IMG/VR virus record: IMGVR_UViG_3300044646_001108
Coordinates: 1-58,512 of that record
Direction: 5' to 3' (one strand)
DNA from: a virus
Lineage: Duplodnaviria; Caudoviricetes
Length of the DNA: 58,512 nt
Below the pieces are notes generated by a model, which was not told where the DNA came from, did no database searches, and saw nothing but the letters and a program-made list of their open reading frames with translations. The position numbers and the translations under genes are program-made. Positions 8,727 through 19,900 of the stretch are shown here, piece after piece; the first letter of the stretch is position 1, and the number at the start of each line of letters is the position of its first letter.

Positions 8727-9034
8727 ACAGCTTCTCAGCCGTGGAGATTGAGGTGATCCGCTGGTCGGAGGCTCGCGGGATCATCGCCAACAGCGACAGC
8801 AAGACACAGCTGTTGAAGGCGTTCAGCGAGATGGGCGAGTTGGCTGACGCCGTCAATAAACGAGATATGCCTGGGATCAAAGATGGGATAGGCGATGTGC
8901 TGGTGTGCCTGATCAATGTCGCCGCGCTCGAAGACCTGGACCTTACTCGCTGCCTGATCCACGCCTACAACGAGATCAAGAATCGCAAGGGCTACCTCAA
9001 CAAAGAGGGGGTATTCATCAAGGAAGCGCCATGA
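8723..9034 (+). CDS. MazG-like nucleotide pyrophosphohydrolase
   Basis: QLLKAFSEMGELADA...DGIGDVLV...AYNEIKNRKG. Confidence 0.85.
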   Translation: MNSFSAVEIEVIRWSEARGIIANSDSKTQLLKAFSEMGELADAVNKRDMPGIKDGIGDVLVCLINVAALEDLDLTRCLIHAYNEIKNRKGYLNKEGVFIKEAP

Positions 9035-9219
9035 AGGCGCTTGCCCTGCTCTTTGCGGCTTCGGTCCTGGCGCTGTATGTTTTGGTAGCGGTCTTGATCC
9101 TGACCGCTGCCGCCAAGCCCAGTGTCCGCCGCATTGACTGCAGCTTGGCGTCGTTCCACCCCGACTTCACGCCAGCCATGCGCAAAGCCTGCCAAGACAG
9201 ACACAAGGAGAAGCCATGA
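9031..9219 (+). CDS. Small membrane protein
   Basis: Hydrophobic N-terminus, then IDCSLASFHPD...AC. Confidence 0.55.
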   Translation: MKALALLFAASVLALYVLVAVLILTAAAKPSVRRIDCSLASFHPDFTPAMRKACQDRHKEKP

Positions 9220-9518
9220 AGCCAAACGAAGAAGACGAAGCCTTCGCCGAACTGTTCGCCAAGCAAGAGGCGCATATGGCGGACGCGATCAACCCAAGCC
9301 ACTACAAGGTCGGCGGCATCGAGACCATCGACTACATGAAGGCGAAGTCCACCCGAGAGGAGTTCCGTGGGCACCTGCGCCTGACCGCCCTGAAGTACCT
9401 CAGCCGCGCTGGATACAAACACGAAGACGTCATCGAAGACTTCAAGAAGGCTCGCTGGTATCTGGACCGACTGATCAAGGACCTGGAAGAGGAGAGCAAG
9501 CATGCCAAGCGCAACTGA
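9216..9518 (+). CDS. DUF3310 / T7 gp1.7-like nucleotide kinase family protein
   Basis: INPSHYKVGGIETID...LKYLSR...EDFKKARWYL. Confidence 0.85.
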   Translation: MKPNEEDEAFAELFAKQEAHMADAINPSHYKVGGIETIDYMKAKSTREEFRGHLRLTALKYLSRAGYKHEDVIEDFKKARWYLDRLIKDLEEESKHAKRN

Positions 9519-9702
9519 ACTTAACCCCAAGGTTTACAAGACAGCCACCCAGACGAGCGTCCTGGAGACCTGGAGGAAGCACGGGTTTACCCCACCTTCA
9601 GAGATCGAACAATACCGCTTGAAGTGGTTGGAGTTCCGCTCGCTCCACCTTCGCGAGGAGGAGGAGACGCTTGCTCACCCGGATGGTAATACGCAATGCT
9701 AA
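9502..9702 (+). CDS. Hypothetical protein
   Basis: GAGGAG RBS; lies just upstream of the integrase. Confidence 0.5.
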   Translation: MPSATELNPKVYKTATQTSVLETWRKHGFTPPSEIEQYRLKWLEFRSLHLREEEETLAHPDGNTQC

Positions 9703-9742
9703 TATCGAGCCGGGTACTCAGGCGCTGCCGAACTGGAGCCTG

Positions 9743-10771
9743 ATGATGAGCATTTACCTGCGCGGCAGCGTTTACTGGATAGAGATACGCAAACCCAACG
9801 GCGAGCGGATACGCGAAACGGCGGGGACGGGGGACAGGGGGACAGCGCAAGCTTTCCACGACCTGAGAGTCAAGCAGATTGAAGATGGCTTGATCAAGCC
9901 CCCGACCTGGGCGGACGCGATTCGACGCTGGATGGAGGAGCGTTCTGACAAGCGGTCATTGGACCGCGACGAGTCGATGGCTAGGTGGCTTGCGCCGCAC
10001 TGGGATCAACGGCTGTTCAACAGCATCACCGATGACGACGTCAAGAGGGTGGTGGAGTTGAAACGCAAGGAGACCAGCGCGAGCAACGCGAACCACTACC
10101 TGAAGTTCGTGAAATCGCTCTTTAACAGATCGGTGGACTGGGGATGGGTGGATTCTTCACCCGTCAAAGCAAAGCCCTTCTCCGCGCCAAAGACGCGGGT
10201 GAGGTTCCTTGCTGAGGATGAGCTTGTCCGATTGATGCGTGAGCTTCCTCATCACCTGCGGGTGATGGCGGAGTTCAGCGTGTTGACGGGTCTTCGGATG
10301 TCCAACGTGACTGGACTTCGGTGGGACCGGATTGACATGCAGCGCCGGGTTTTGTGGATTCCGTCGACCGACTACAAGTCGGGCAGGGACCACGGGATTC
10401 CGCTGGGGGATCGGGCGGCGCAGATTCTGGAAGGAGAGAAAGGGCAAAACGAGGAATGGGTGTTCACGTACAAGGGTTACCCCGTACAGAACACCAACAC
10501 GGCGGCTTGGCAGAAGGCGCTGCAGAGGGCTGGCATCCGGGACTTCCGGTGGCACGATCTTCGGCACACCTTTGCCAGCTACCACGCCATGAACGGCACC
10601 CCGCTGTTGACGCTCAAGGCATTGGGCGGATGGCAGACGCTGGAGATGGTCAACCGCTACGCCCACCTGTCAGCAGAGGGTGCGCGGCAGTACGCCAACA
10701 ACAGCGTACCCACAGCTGTGGGTGCGTGTGGGAGAACTGTGGGTATTGTGGGTCAACAAAACCCACAATAG
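9743..10771 (+). CDS. int: Tyrosine integrase
   Basis: TGLRMSN, HDLRH, LGGW and RYAHL catalytic motifs; adjacent to attP. Confidence 0.95.
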   Translation: MMSIYLRGSVYWIEIRKPNGERIRETAGTGDRGTAQAFHDLRVKQIEDGLIKPPTWADAIRRWMEERSDKRSLDRDESMARWLAPHWDQRLFNSITDDDVKRVVELKRKETSASNANHYLKFVKSLFNRSVDWGWVDSSPVKAKPFSAPKTRVRFLAEDELVRLMRELPHHLRVMAEFSVLTGLRMSNVTGLRWDRIDMQRRVLWIPSTDYKSGRDHGIPLGDRAAQILEGEKGQNEEWVFTYKGYPVQNTNTAAWQKALQRAGIRDFRWHDLRHTFASYHAMNGTPLLTLKALGGWQTLEMVNRYAHLSAEGARQYANNSVPTAVGACGRTVGIVGQQNPQ

Positions 10772-10787
10772 CGCACCCACAAATGAA

Positions 10788-10809
10788 CAGGGGAACCGAA
10801 GTTCCCCTG
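10788..10809. terminator. Intrinsic terminator hairpin downstream of the tRNA fragment / integrase
   Basis: CAGGGGAAC-CGAA-GTTCCCCTG, a perfect 9-bp stem (UUCG loop on the minus strand). Confidence 0.75.
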
Positions 10810-10816
10810 GGAAAAA

Positions 10817-10861
10817 TGGCGGAGTGGACGGGGCTCGAACCCGCGACCCCCGGCGTGACAG
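10817..10861 (-). mobile_element. attP core: 3' half of tRNA-Asp(GTC)
   Basis: Minus strand reads CTGTCACGCCGGGGGTCGCGGGTTCGAGCCCCGTCCACTCCGCCA: anticodon loop GTC, T-loop GTTCGA, CCA end. The 5' half is absent. Confidence 0.9.
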
Positions 10862-10948
10862 CACTATACACCTGCTTGCAAATCAACAACTTGCAGCGCC
10901 TTTGTACCCACAAAGCGAGCAGATTGTGGGTGCTGTCCGCCCACAGGG

Positions 10949-13900
10949 TTAACGCGGCTCCCCTGCCTGACGCTGGATGGCGTAGAACTCCTTGTTGAAC
11001 TCCGACTCCAGCTTTCTCCGCTCCTTGTCGATGAACTGGAGCCTGTCGTACTGCTCGCGACGCGACAGGCTCTTGTTGTCGCGGATGTCGATCTCCTCCT
11101 TGCGCAACAGCGACAGCTGTTTGACGATGAAGCGCTGAGAGGAATCAAGCTGGGCGAATAGTTCGTTCTCCCTGATCCGAGCCCGAGCGTTGGCGGATGC
11201 GTTGTCAGACTCGGCGTTCTGAAGCTCAGCCTTGGCTTCCTTCACCCGCTGGCTGTTCTCGAAGAATGACGACTGGTCGCCACGACCCGTGTCCCTGCGG
11301 TAGAACGCCTTGAGGATCGGGTAGGCGTTCTTGTCCAGAGCGGCGTCAGGTCCGACATTCAGGGACAAGTCAACAGCTGTGATGGTGTCCTTGACGAACG
11401 TGCCAGCACCGCCGGTTGTGAACGTCAGCAGGTACGAGAGCGTCTCTGGGCTGACATCAACCTTACCGCTCTTGCCTGGGCTTCCGCCCGTGGCTTCGTT
11501 CATCCAGGTGGTGAACCGCTGCAGGAACGTGTCCCTTGTGTTCGTCCAGTACCGCTCGCTGTCCGGCGTTGCGCCGCCTTTGTAGTCCGGCGGCAGCAAA
11601 GGCATGCCGTTCTCGCGCTTCTCAGAGGTAAGCACGATGAATGGATCAACAATCGTCGGCGACACAAACGTTGCGGCGTTGTCCGCTGCACCAAGCGGGC
11701 TGAAGTGAGTGAAGAAGCTGTCTCGCATGAACGCGGCAACTTTCCACGGGTCACGCCCCCGCTCCAGGTCCTTCATGGCGTAGCCAAGGTTCACGAAGAA
11801 GCCCAAGCCGTAGGCGAGAGGAACCGTGTACTGCTCTCCGTTGGGTCCAAACCACATCAGGTTCTTGAGCTTGGCAGAACGGTTCGACTCTTTGTCCCAG
11901 TACGGGTCATCGTCATCCCCAGCCGCACCAGCAGCCATCGTGGCAACGATGTACCCCAAGCCAACGAGCGAGCCAGCCAAAGCCCCGCCCTTCTTGGACA
12001 TCACCAGCTTGCTCACCGACACTGCGCCCTGAATGGCGGGGTTGATGAACAGGTACAGCGGCGCAAGGAACGGAGTCATCTTGCCCCTACGGTTGAAGTT
12101 CACCGTGAGGTTCTTGGCGACCGTCGCAGCCTCTTCGCGCACCGCCTTGGGTGCATTGGTGTGGTTGTACCCGGCGCGCTCGATCACGCTCTTGTAGGCT
12201 GCAACTCGGGCTGCGTTTTCGATGCCTGCGTTGACATCCATGATCAGGTCTTCTGCAGACTGCAGGTATCGCAGCGCCAGACGGTGGTACGTGCGCGGCT
12301 CCTTGAGAGAAGCTTGAGCGTTGCGATAGTCGGAGATCACGCGCTGCTGGCGCTGCTCCAAGCCGACCAAGTCCATGAACCCAGTCTTACCGCCATCAGT
12401 CCTGTACATGTCGTAGTAGGCGCGAAGCTCTGGGTTACCAGCCCAGTTGTTGTTCCGCTCCGCCCGCATGACGGAGTAAGCAACCGGCATGAAGTCACGC
12501 CAGATGTCTATGGTGGCTTTGCCGCCGCGCTCAACAGCTGTTTTCGCTGTTGCGTACTCCAGGTCTCGACCGGCGTTGATCAGCACGAACGCAGGCGAGA
12601 GCGCAGTCCACAACTTGCCAAGCGTTCTGTTGATGGAGCCGAACACTCCCAGATAAACCTCTGCCAGCTTGCCGCTCAGCAAAGGCGTCATCTGCAGGTC
12701 AGACAGAAGACCGGGGTCGTTGATCCTGATGCTGCGCGGAACGCCGTTCACCCGAACGCCAATCGTGTTCACGCCTTCGTCCTTGACCAGGGCGTAGTCG
12801 ACGATGTTGTTGGTCTTGTTCCAGCGCTTTTGCATGACCATCGGGTCAACATCCCAAAGCGCCGAGTCGGGGTTCTGCAAGAAGAATTTCAGCACAGCCT
12901 GACGCAGCTTGTTCTTCTCAGCTGCAACGATGGCTTCCTCATAGTCCTTGAGGATGTTCTCAACGATCTGACCAGCGCGTGAGCCGCGTCCCATTGCCCT
13001 GCGGAAGAACGGGTCGCGGGGGTCGAAGCGCGGGTTGCCGGTCGCCTTGCCCTCGGCAATACGCTCGAAGCCTTTGAGCGGCACGTAGTACTGCCAGCCA
13101 GAGCGCCAGGACTGCAGGGTTGCGTTGTCGATCAGCCCGCCATCAAGCAGCGTTTGCCCAGTAAGGCGGGTGATGGCTTGGAACCTGTCGGCAATCGATT
13201 TGATTTTGGCGAACTGGGCACCCTTCGCTTGCAATGAGGCGATGACGGACTGAGCGTCAGCGTTGGACATGCCAGACCCGTCGCCCGCGAACTGCGGGTT
13301 GATAGACGCGATGTGCGCATTGCGCTCTGCGGCGTGGTTGGCATACATGTACAGCGCCACGTCGTTCAGGTCCACGCCTTGTTGAGCAGCCTCCTGGATC
13401 AGCGGGCGCACAACGTTCTTGCGGAAGTCGTCGATGCGGTTACCAGCCCTACCGTGCATGCGGTGCAGGGAGTTCTCGATGTTCGTCTCTTCGGTCACCA
13501 CGCCACCTTGCGCAACAACCTGCTGTTGAACATCTGTCGCCCTGCTTACTTCATTGGCAAGCATGTTGGACACGCGCTCCGTCATTGTCCGCTCGCCAAG
13601 GGCAAAGCGATTGCCTTGTAGCGAGACCTGACGGGCGAAGTTGCTGTTGGACAGCGGTTGGAACTGGCGATTCGGGACCTGACCTGGGGCTTTGCTGCCA
13701 ACAGCCGCTGTTCTGCTGAGCGACGGGAGCTTGTTTCCAATCTTGGAAGCCAGCGCCAAAGCCTTGCCTTTGTGGAAGTACAACAGCTGTCCGGTGCGGG
13801 TGAGTTCGCCGTTGGTTTCGGCAAGCGAGCGGTCCTCGTTCATCGGGTACACCGACGCGATCTGCGTAGCCCGGTCATCTCCGTAACGCACATCCGGGTG

Positions 13901-16900
13901 GACGATAGCTACAACCGGGTTGCCGTCTTTGACCAGATCGAGCAGCACCTTGTACCCATACCGGCGACCAGCGCGGTCCCCTTCGCTTCGGAATACAGCG
14001 ACAGGGTCGGCGATCTGCCTTGGCACGTCACGCAACTCATCAACCGTCAGGGCGATGCGAGCCTTGACTGGGACCACCATGCCAACCGTGTTTCGGCGGA
14101 CCGCATCTTCGGTGTTCTTGCCGAACATGCCTGGGTTCACGACCTTCATCACAGTCGCCGGGTCCATGACCACCAACTGGTCGGGTGAGCCAACAGCCTT
14201 CAGAACAGCTGGCGTCTTCGAGATGCCAAAGACGCGGGGTGCGCGCGGGTCTCCGTCGGCAGCAAGTTGCACATCCCTGCGGCTGAACTGACCAGCCTCA
14301 GTAAGGGCAGGCTTCTCCGCGCGCTGGGTTATCTCAGTCCTAGTGCCCTCGTAGTCGACAGGAACATCATGGTTGAGGATGACCATCATCCCCATATTCG
14401 GCACGGCGTAACCGTCGTAACCGGCGTCGACGATTGAGGACTCAAACGCATTGAAGTCCTGCTGCGACGCGCGATACAGGCGACTCATGTCATCGCCTGG
14501 AGCGAGGATGTTGTCGAACTGCTGCGAGTAGACGTACTGACCTAGACCGGACTCGGCGCGGGGCATGCGCCCCATGTCGTTTTCGATGTAGAAGTAGACC
14601 CTGCGCTTAATGCGAGGATCGCCTGAACCATCAAGGCGCCGCGCTTCGGCTCCCTTGATCCCGGTGCCGTAACGGTTTCCGACTAAGGTTTCGGTGCGGG
14701 CGTTTCCGTAGTGGACCCCGACGAAGCTGCTCGCTCCTGGCTGAGCTTCTCCGAGTATTCTCCCGCCGCCTGTGCCGGATCGAATGGGAGGTTGGTCAAG
14801 TCGAACGACTCGGCTTGCTGCGGCTGGTTGCCAGGAGACTGTTCCGTCACCGGCGACGTCGACGCGCGATGGAGCGTACCGACGCTGTAGCTGTTCGCTT
14901 TCTTGTAGTCTTCCTCGGTTGCGGAGCGAATTGAGGTAAACGTCGCCATTCGGACTCTCCTTCCAGTCGTTCTTGGTGGACTCAAGAACCACCTGTTTGG
15001 TATTGATGTCTGTTAATTTTACACCAAGAGAATCCTCTGTGGTATTGATTGCGCGTAGGATTTCGGCGACCTGGGTCTGCCTCCAGTTCCCCGCGAAGTT
15101 CAGCAGACGAATACCTGGGACCCCGTCAACAACGATCTGCTGGAAGCCGGGGGCAAGGATGTTGCCCTCCTTGTCCTTGGGTGCCGACTCCAGGAATTTC
15201 GCAAAAAAGCTGGTTGCTTGGTCAACCGTCTTCAGGTCCGGGGACATGACGTCAATCGCCATGTTCTTGCCTGATGCAAGGGGGCGTGTGCTGATGACCT
15301 CGGTTTGCTGGAACGCATAGCCAACCATGTCCATGAAGTCGGATACGGCTTCTGGGCTTGCCAGCGCATCGATCTGGATTGCGCCCTCAATCCACTGCAG
15401 GTACGCACCGACTCCGGATACGTTCTGTCTGACTCGGATTCCAGCGAGGTCGGCAAGAAAGCTGATCTCGCGCTGAGCAACATCAACCGGAATCTCTTTG
15501 CCAGCAAGCTTCCCGGCAAGAACAGAGTCCGCTCCTGGTGCAAGTCCAATAGACACACGGCGAGTGTTACCGCCGATGATGTCGCGGACAAACTCAGCCC
15601 GGATGCCCATCGCCCGCTGCATGGTGACCCAGCCAACAGCCTGGACCTCTCGCGCAGTCCAGCCCCCGCCATCAAAGTTGCGGCTGTTGAGAAAGTCGAC
15701 GACGTCGTTGTAGAAATCAATGCCGTACTCGTACTGCGACTCGCCTGTCGTTGTCTTGTCTGGAGCCAGCTGTTGAACAGCCTCATCGCCGAAGCGCTTG
15801 CGCAGAAACTCGAAGACCGTCTCGTCGACAAAGCCGATGTCGCGAGTCGCCCAAACATCGATAGCTGCGGGCTGGCGACCGCGCGGATCATCCTTTACGA
15901 TTGTTCTGGTGCTGCGCCCAAGCTCGCTGTCCAGGAAGTCCATCAGCTTGGCGCCAATTCCACCCTCTGGCATCCGACCAGAAAGGATGTCTATCAGCGC
16001 GTCTTGGTTCAAGCCAGCCTTCTTGACCTCTTGCTTTCCAGCAGCCATGTCAGCTGCGCGTAAGACGTCAGTCATGCCTTTCGTTGGGCTTGCTCGCTTC
16101 TGCGACATCAGCCAAGCCAAAGCGTATTGAGGAGTCGTGCCCCCAAATACAGGGCGAAGAGCTTCATCAAGCTGCCGATACCAGCTTCGCGAGTCCTTGA
16201 GTTCCTCCGATGACAGGAGAAGCTGGACCCGGTCAAGCCAGTCTTGGGCGGTGATCTTGCCCAGCACCAACTTTTGATTGCCGCTGCCAAACTCAACCCG
16301 GTCGTTGACCGGGGAGCCAACGCCATCCTTTCTCTTGAGACGGCGGGCAATCCGACCCTCAGCCTCTTGCGCATCAACTGTCGGGCTCAGCGGGTTTGCG
16401 GGCTCGACGGGGAGTCTACGCTGAGCTTGTACCGATACCTGTTGCTGTGGTACACTCTCATTAGGGATTGCTCTAGGAGACGACAAAGTGGCATCAATAC
16501 CAACCTCGTTCCCCGCTGGGACGACGTTCTTCGACGTCGGCGGCGTCCCTGTCACTCGCGCACCCAACGGCGGGCTCTCTGCTTGGGACGACAACCCTCG
16601 AACTGGAGAGACGGCACCGCGAACATTCGGGCTATCGACCTGGACATCAGAGGGGGTGCCCATGTCAGAGGCTGACTGGCGAGCCCTGTTCACCCGGTCG
16701 AACACCTCTTCTGCGGCTTCCGAGTAAATCTCGAACTGCTCGCGCTCAAGCTCATTGATCTTGTCCTGCGCCGCCGACAGGTCCCCAGGGGACATCGGGT
16801 TCTCGCGGCTGCTCATCGCACGGCGAAGCTTCTCTGCCTGCTCGTACAGCTTGTGGGCTACACCCTTCGCGTCCAGCATCTGAGCGAAGTTCATCTGTAG

Positions 16901-19900
16901 CTCGACCGGGAAACCGGCGATCTGCGCACCCTTGAAGAACACGTCGCGGTATCCGCTGGGGTGAACTGGCGCGGCAGGGTCCCAGCCATTGCGCTTCACA
17001 ACAACGCCAGGGAAGAACGACGTAACCGCGTCGATCATGTTGTCCAGTTCACGCAGGTCTTCGACAACCAGCGTCGAGCGGACAACGTCACCGATCTTGG
17101 TGTGGTCCCCGCCGTAGTCGAACCAAATCTTGCCGAACGCGCGGGGAAACTTCTTGATGGGACCGGCTTGCAGGGTCATGCCTTCGCGGTCCGCAACCCT
17201 GAGCATGCGCGTGTCGTAGCGAGCCTTGATGGTTGGCGCGCGAGCCAGAAGCGCCTTGGTGTTCTGGTAGACCTGGAAGATGTCTTGCTCAGCCAGCAAG
17301 ACCGTAGCGGGGATGTTCCTGCCTTCGACCAGCGCAGTGACCAGCTGTTCACGCGGAGGCGGGGGCGGCTCTCTGCGCTTAGCCTGCGGCGCCGCGCCAG
17401 TTGCTGACTGGGCGCCACCAAACGTCACAGTTGGCGCGCTCATCTGGTAACCCGAGTACATCGGGAACCTGCCCAAAGAAGCTGGCGCTGCCTGCGACGA
17501 CTGGAAACTCCCGGTCCCTACACCCGTAGCACCGGGCTGAGCAGGCTGCGCAGCAGATGTTACGGGCGCGACACCACCCCTGGCAACCACTGCAGCCAAG
17601 GCGGGCGGCATAGAAGACTTCGCTGCCTCGCGCTTCTGGTATTCCTTGAACGCATTGACGATGGCTTCCCGAGCCTGGATGACTCGCTGCCGATCCTTGA
17701 TGTACTGAGGACCGCGCAGGGCTGCGCTCAACTTGTTCAGGATGTCGACCAGGATGTCTTTGAACTGTTGAGCAAGGGTCTTGTCCTGGAAGCTGTCGAA
17801 CAGCCTGTTGAGAAGCTGTGGATCGGTGGCTTGCTGACCGACCGTGTAAGCCACCAGTTCAGACTCAAGCTCTTGTTGAGTCATCGGGCGACCAACCTCG
17901 CGCATCCGCGACGCGTTCAGGCTGTCGAACAGCCGTTGCTGCATCTGCGGGTCAACAGCCTTGACCACCGCATCGCGAAGCGCCTTGTAGACGTCGGCGT
18001 AACGGGTCTCCAGGACGTGGGTCAACTCATGCCACGTCGTGTCCATCAGATCGGCATTGGCTCCAACCAGGATGGTGTCGCCTACACGGTAGCCATTGAA
18101 CGCACCGAGGTTGCGGGTCTCGCCAGCCTCGTTGGTGACAGTCATCCCCTGCTCGCCAAAGTCCACCCAGTGAACGTTGACCCCAAATGCCTGAGCGAGA
18201 GCCTTGGCGAAGGTGTTCAATCGCTTGTCTGAAGTGACCTCCGTCACATTCAGCTGCTCTCCAGGGTTGACGCCGAGGTCCTGCCCAATGCTTGCCAGCG
18301 CATTGGTCAAGGTTTCCGGCTGGGATTGCTGCTGGCTAACAGCTGTTCCCAGTGCCTGTTGATTTCGGGCGTCTACCTCGTCCAGCATCTGCTGCAGGTC
18401 GTTCTGGTCCACGGTTCCCGCAGCGCTGACGTCGGACCGCAGGCTCATGGGCTGAGCCTGTGGCTGAGCCTGACCCAAATTCAAATCGGAATTTTGACCA
18501 GGGACAGCTGTTGACAGCTGTTGATCTGCTGTTGCCCCAGGAAGGTTTTGATCAAGGTCGCCGAGCGCGGGGTCTGTACGCTCACCACCTGCCATCACGC
18601 CTTGGGCGAATGCATCGAGGTCAACCGACGGCTCCACCCGTCCACGGTTGTAGCGGTCATCAGGGTTGGGAATGTCATTGACCAGACCTTGCGGCGAGAA
18701 CGGGTCAGCCGCCGGTGGCGCGGCGAGCGGATCAAAACTTGGATCAACTCGACCACGGTCGTACCGAGCATCAGGACCTGGGGTGTCGTTGACGATTGCG
18801 CCCGGCTTGATGAGGTTCTCGACAGCGGTCGGCGTTCCTCGGTTGGGGTCTAGGGCGGAGATCGCCTGTTGACCAGTCTGCACATCATCGAAGCTCCGAC
18901 TCTCAACGCCGCGATCAATTGCGTCGGCAATGCGCTGCTCGTTCGTTGGGATTGCGGCACGAACGGCGCCGACCGGACCGCCGCCGATTGCCCCAAGGAC
19001 AAGGTTTGCAGCAGAGCCTTCGCCGATCTCTTTGTTCTCGATCTGGGACCGAATGCCGATGTCAGCCGCAACGCCTTCACCAACTTCCTGGACGCCTTCT
19101 TCAAGCGCACTGGCGCTGCCGCCAACAGCCACGCGACCCGCCACGGTTCTGCCACCGACGCGAGCCAAAAGATCGTCATACGCGCCCGTGACGAGCTTGC
19201 CAGTCACCCTGCCGCCAAGCGCCGCGACCATCCCCTGAAGGACCGCAGCGCTCTCGCCAGCTTTGTCGGTCACGATCCTGCGAGCCTCTGCTTGCGGAAT
19301 CTTCCGATCAATCATCGCCTTGTAGTAGGGGCTGACTTCCAACAGCTGTTGATGGCTCAGCTTGCCGATGTACTCCTTGGCTGAGTTCACGCCTTCGCCA
19401 GCAGCCATGCCGCCGCCGACAGCTGCAGCTGCGTTTGGGTTCCTGGTGACAATTGCAGTTGCCACAACCGGAGCCAGCGAACCCAAAACACCAACGGCTT
19501 GCAGGGCGTAGCCCGCCACCGTTGGGTCGTCGCCCCAGCTGAACTCACCCTTGAAGATGTTGCCCTTCGGCTCAGCGCCAGCCATGCGACGCTTGCCCTC
19601 TTCGGACATGCCAGCAAGGATGTCTTTCTGAACCTTGTCGCCGTAGTTGGCGAGGGCGTCGGTCCCTGGAACACTGACACCAGATAGCGCACGGTCGACG
19701 GCGATCCTCGCCTGTTGCTTGTCCTCCATCTGATCTTGAATGGATCGGATGCCAAGCGCATCCATCAGCGCCATGCGGGCATAGTTAAACAGCCGCATCC
19801 CAGGCGTCCCCTTGTCCATGATGTCGCCAGTCGCAACGTCACGAACAATGCCCTTGACTCCACTCTCGACACCCTTGGGAGCCCGCAGGGTCCCGCCAAC

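Larger units (their letters stand above)
10708..10945. repeat. Integrase arm-type repeats (ACCCACA/TGTGGGT, about 10 copies) and IHF site flanking the att core
   Basis: Copies at 10708, 10717, 10727, 10738, 10747, 10761, 10775, 10906, 10925, 10939. AATCAACAACTTG (10881-10893) fits the IHF consensus WATCARNNNNTTR. Confidence 0.75.

Noticed and set aside
10817-10861. Functional tRNA-Asp gene
   Set aside because: Only the anticodon loop to CCA is present; the D-arm and 5' acceptor strand are missing, so it is an att core.
11705-12982. 425-aa + strand ORF inside the polyvalent gene
   Set aside because: Antisense shadow ORF typical of GC-rich coding DNA; I saw no promoter, RBS or motif, unlike 16488-16727.
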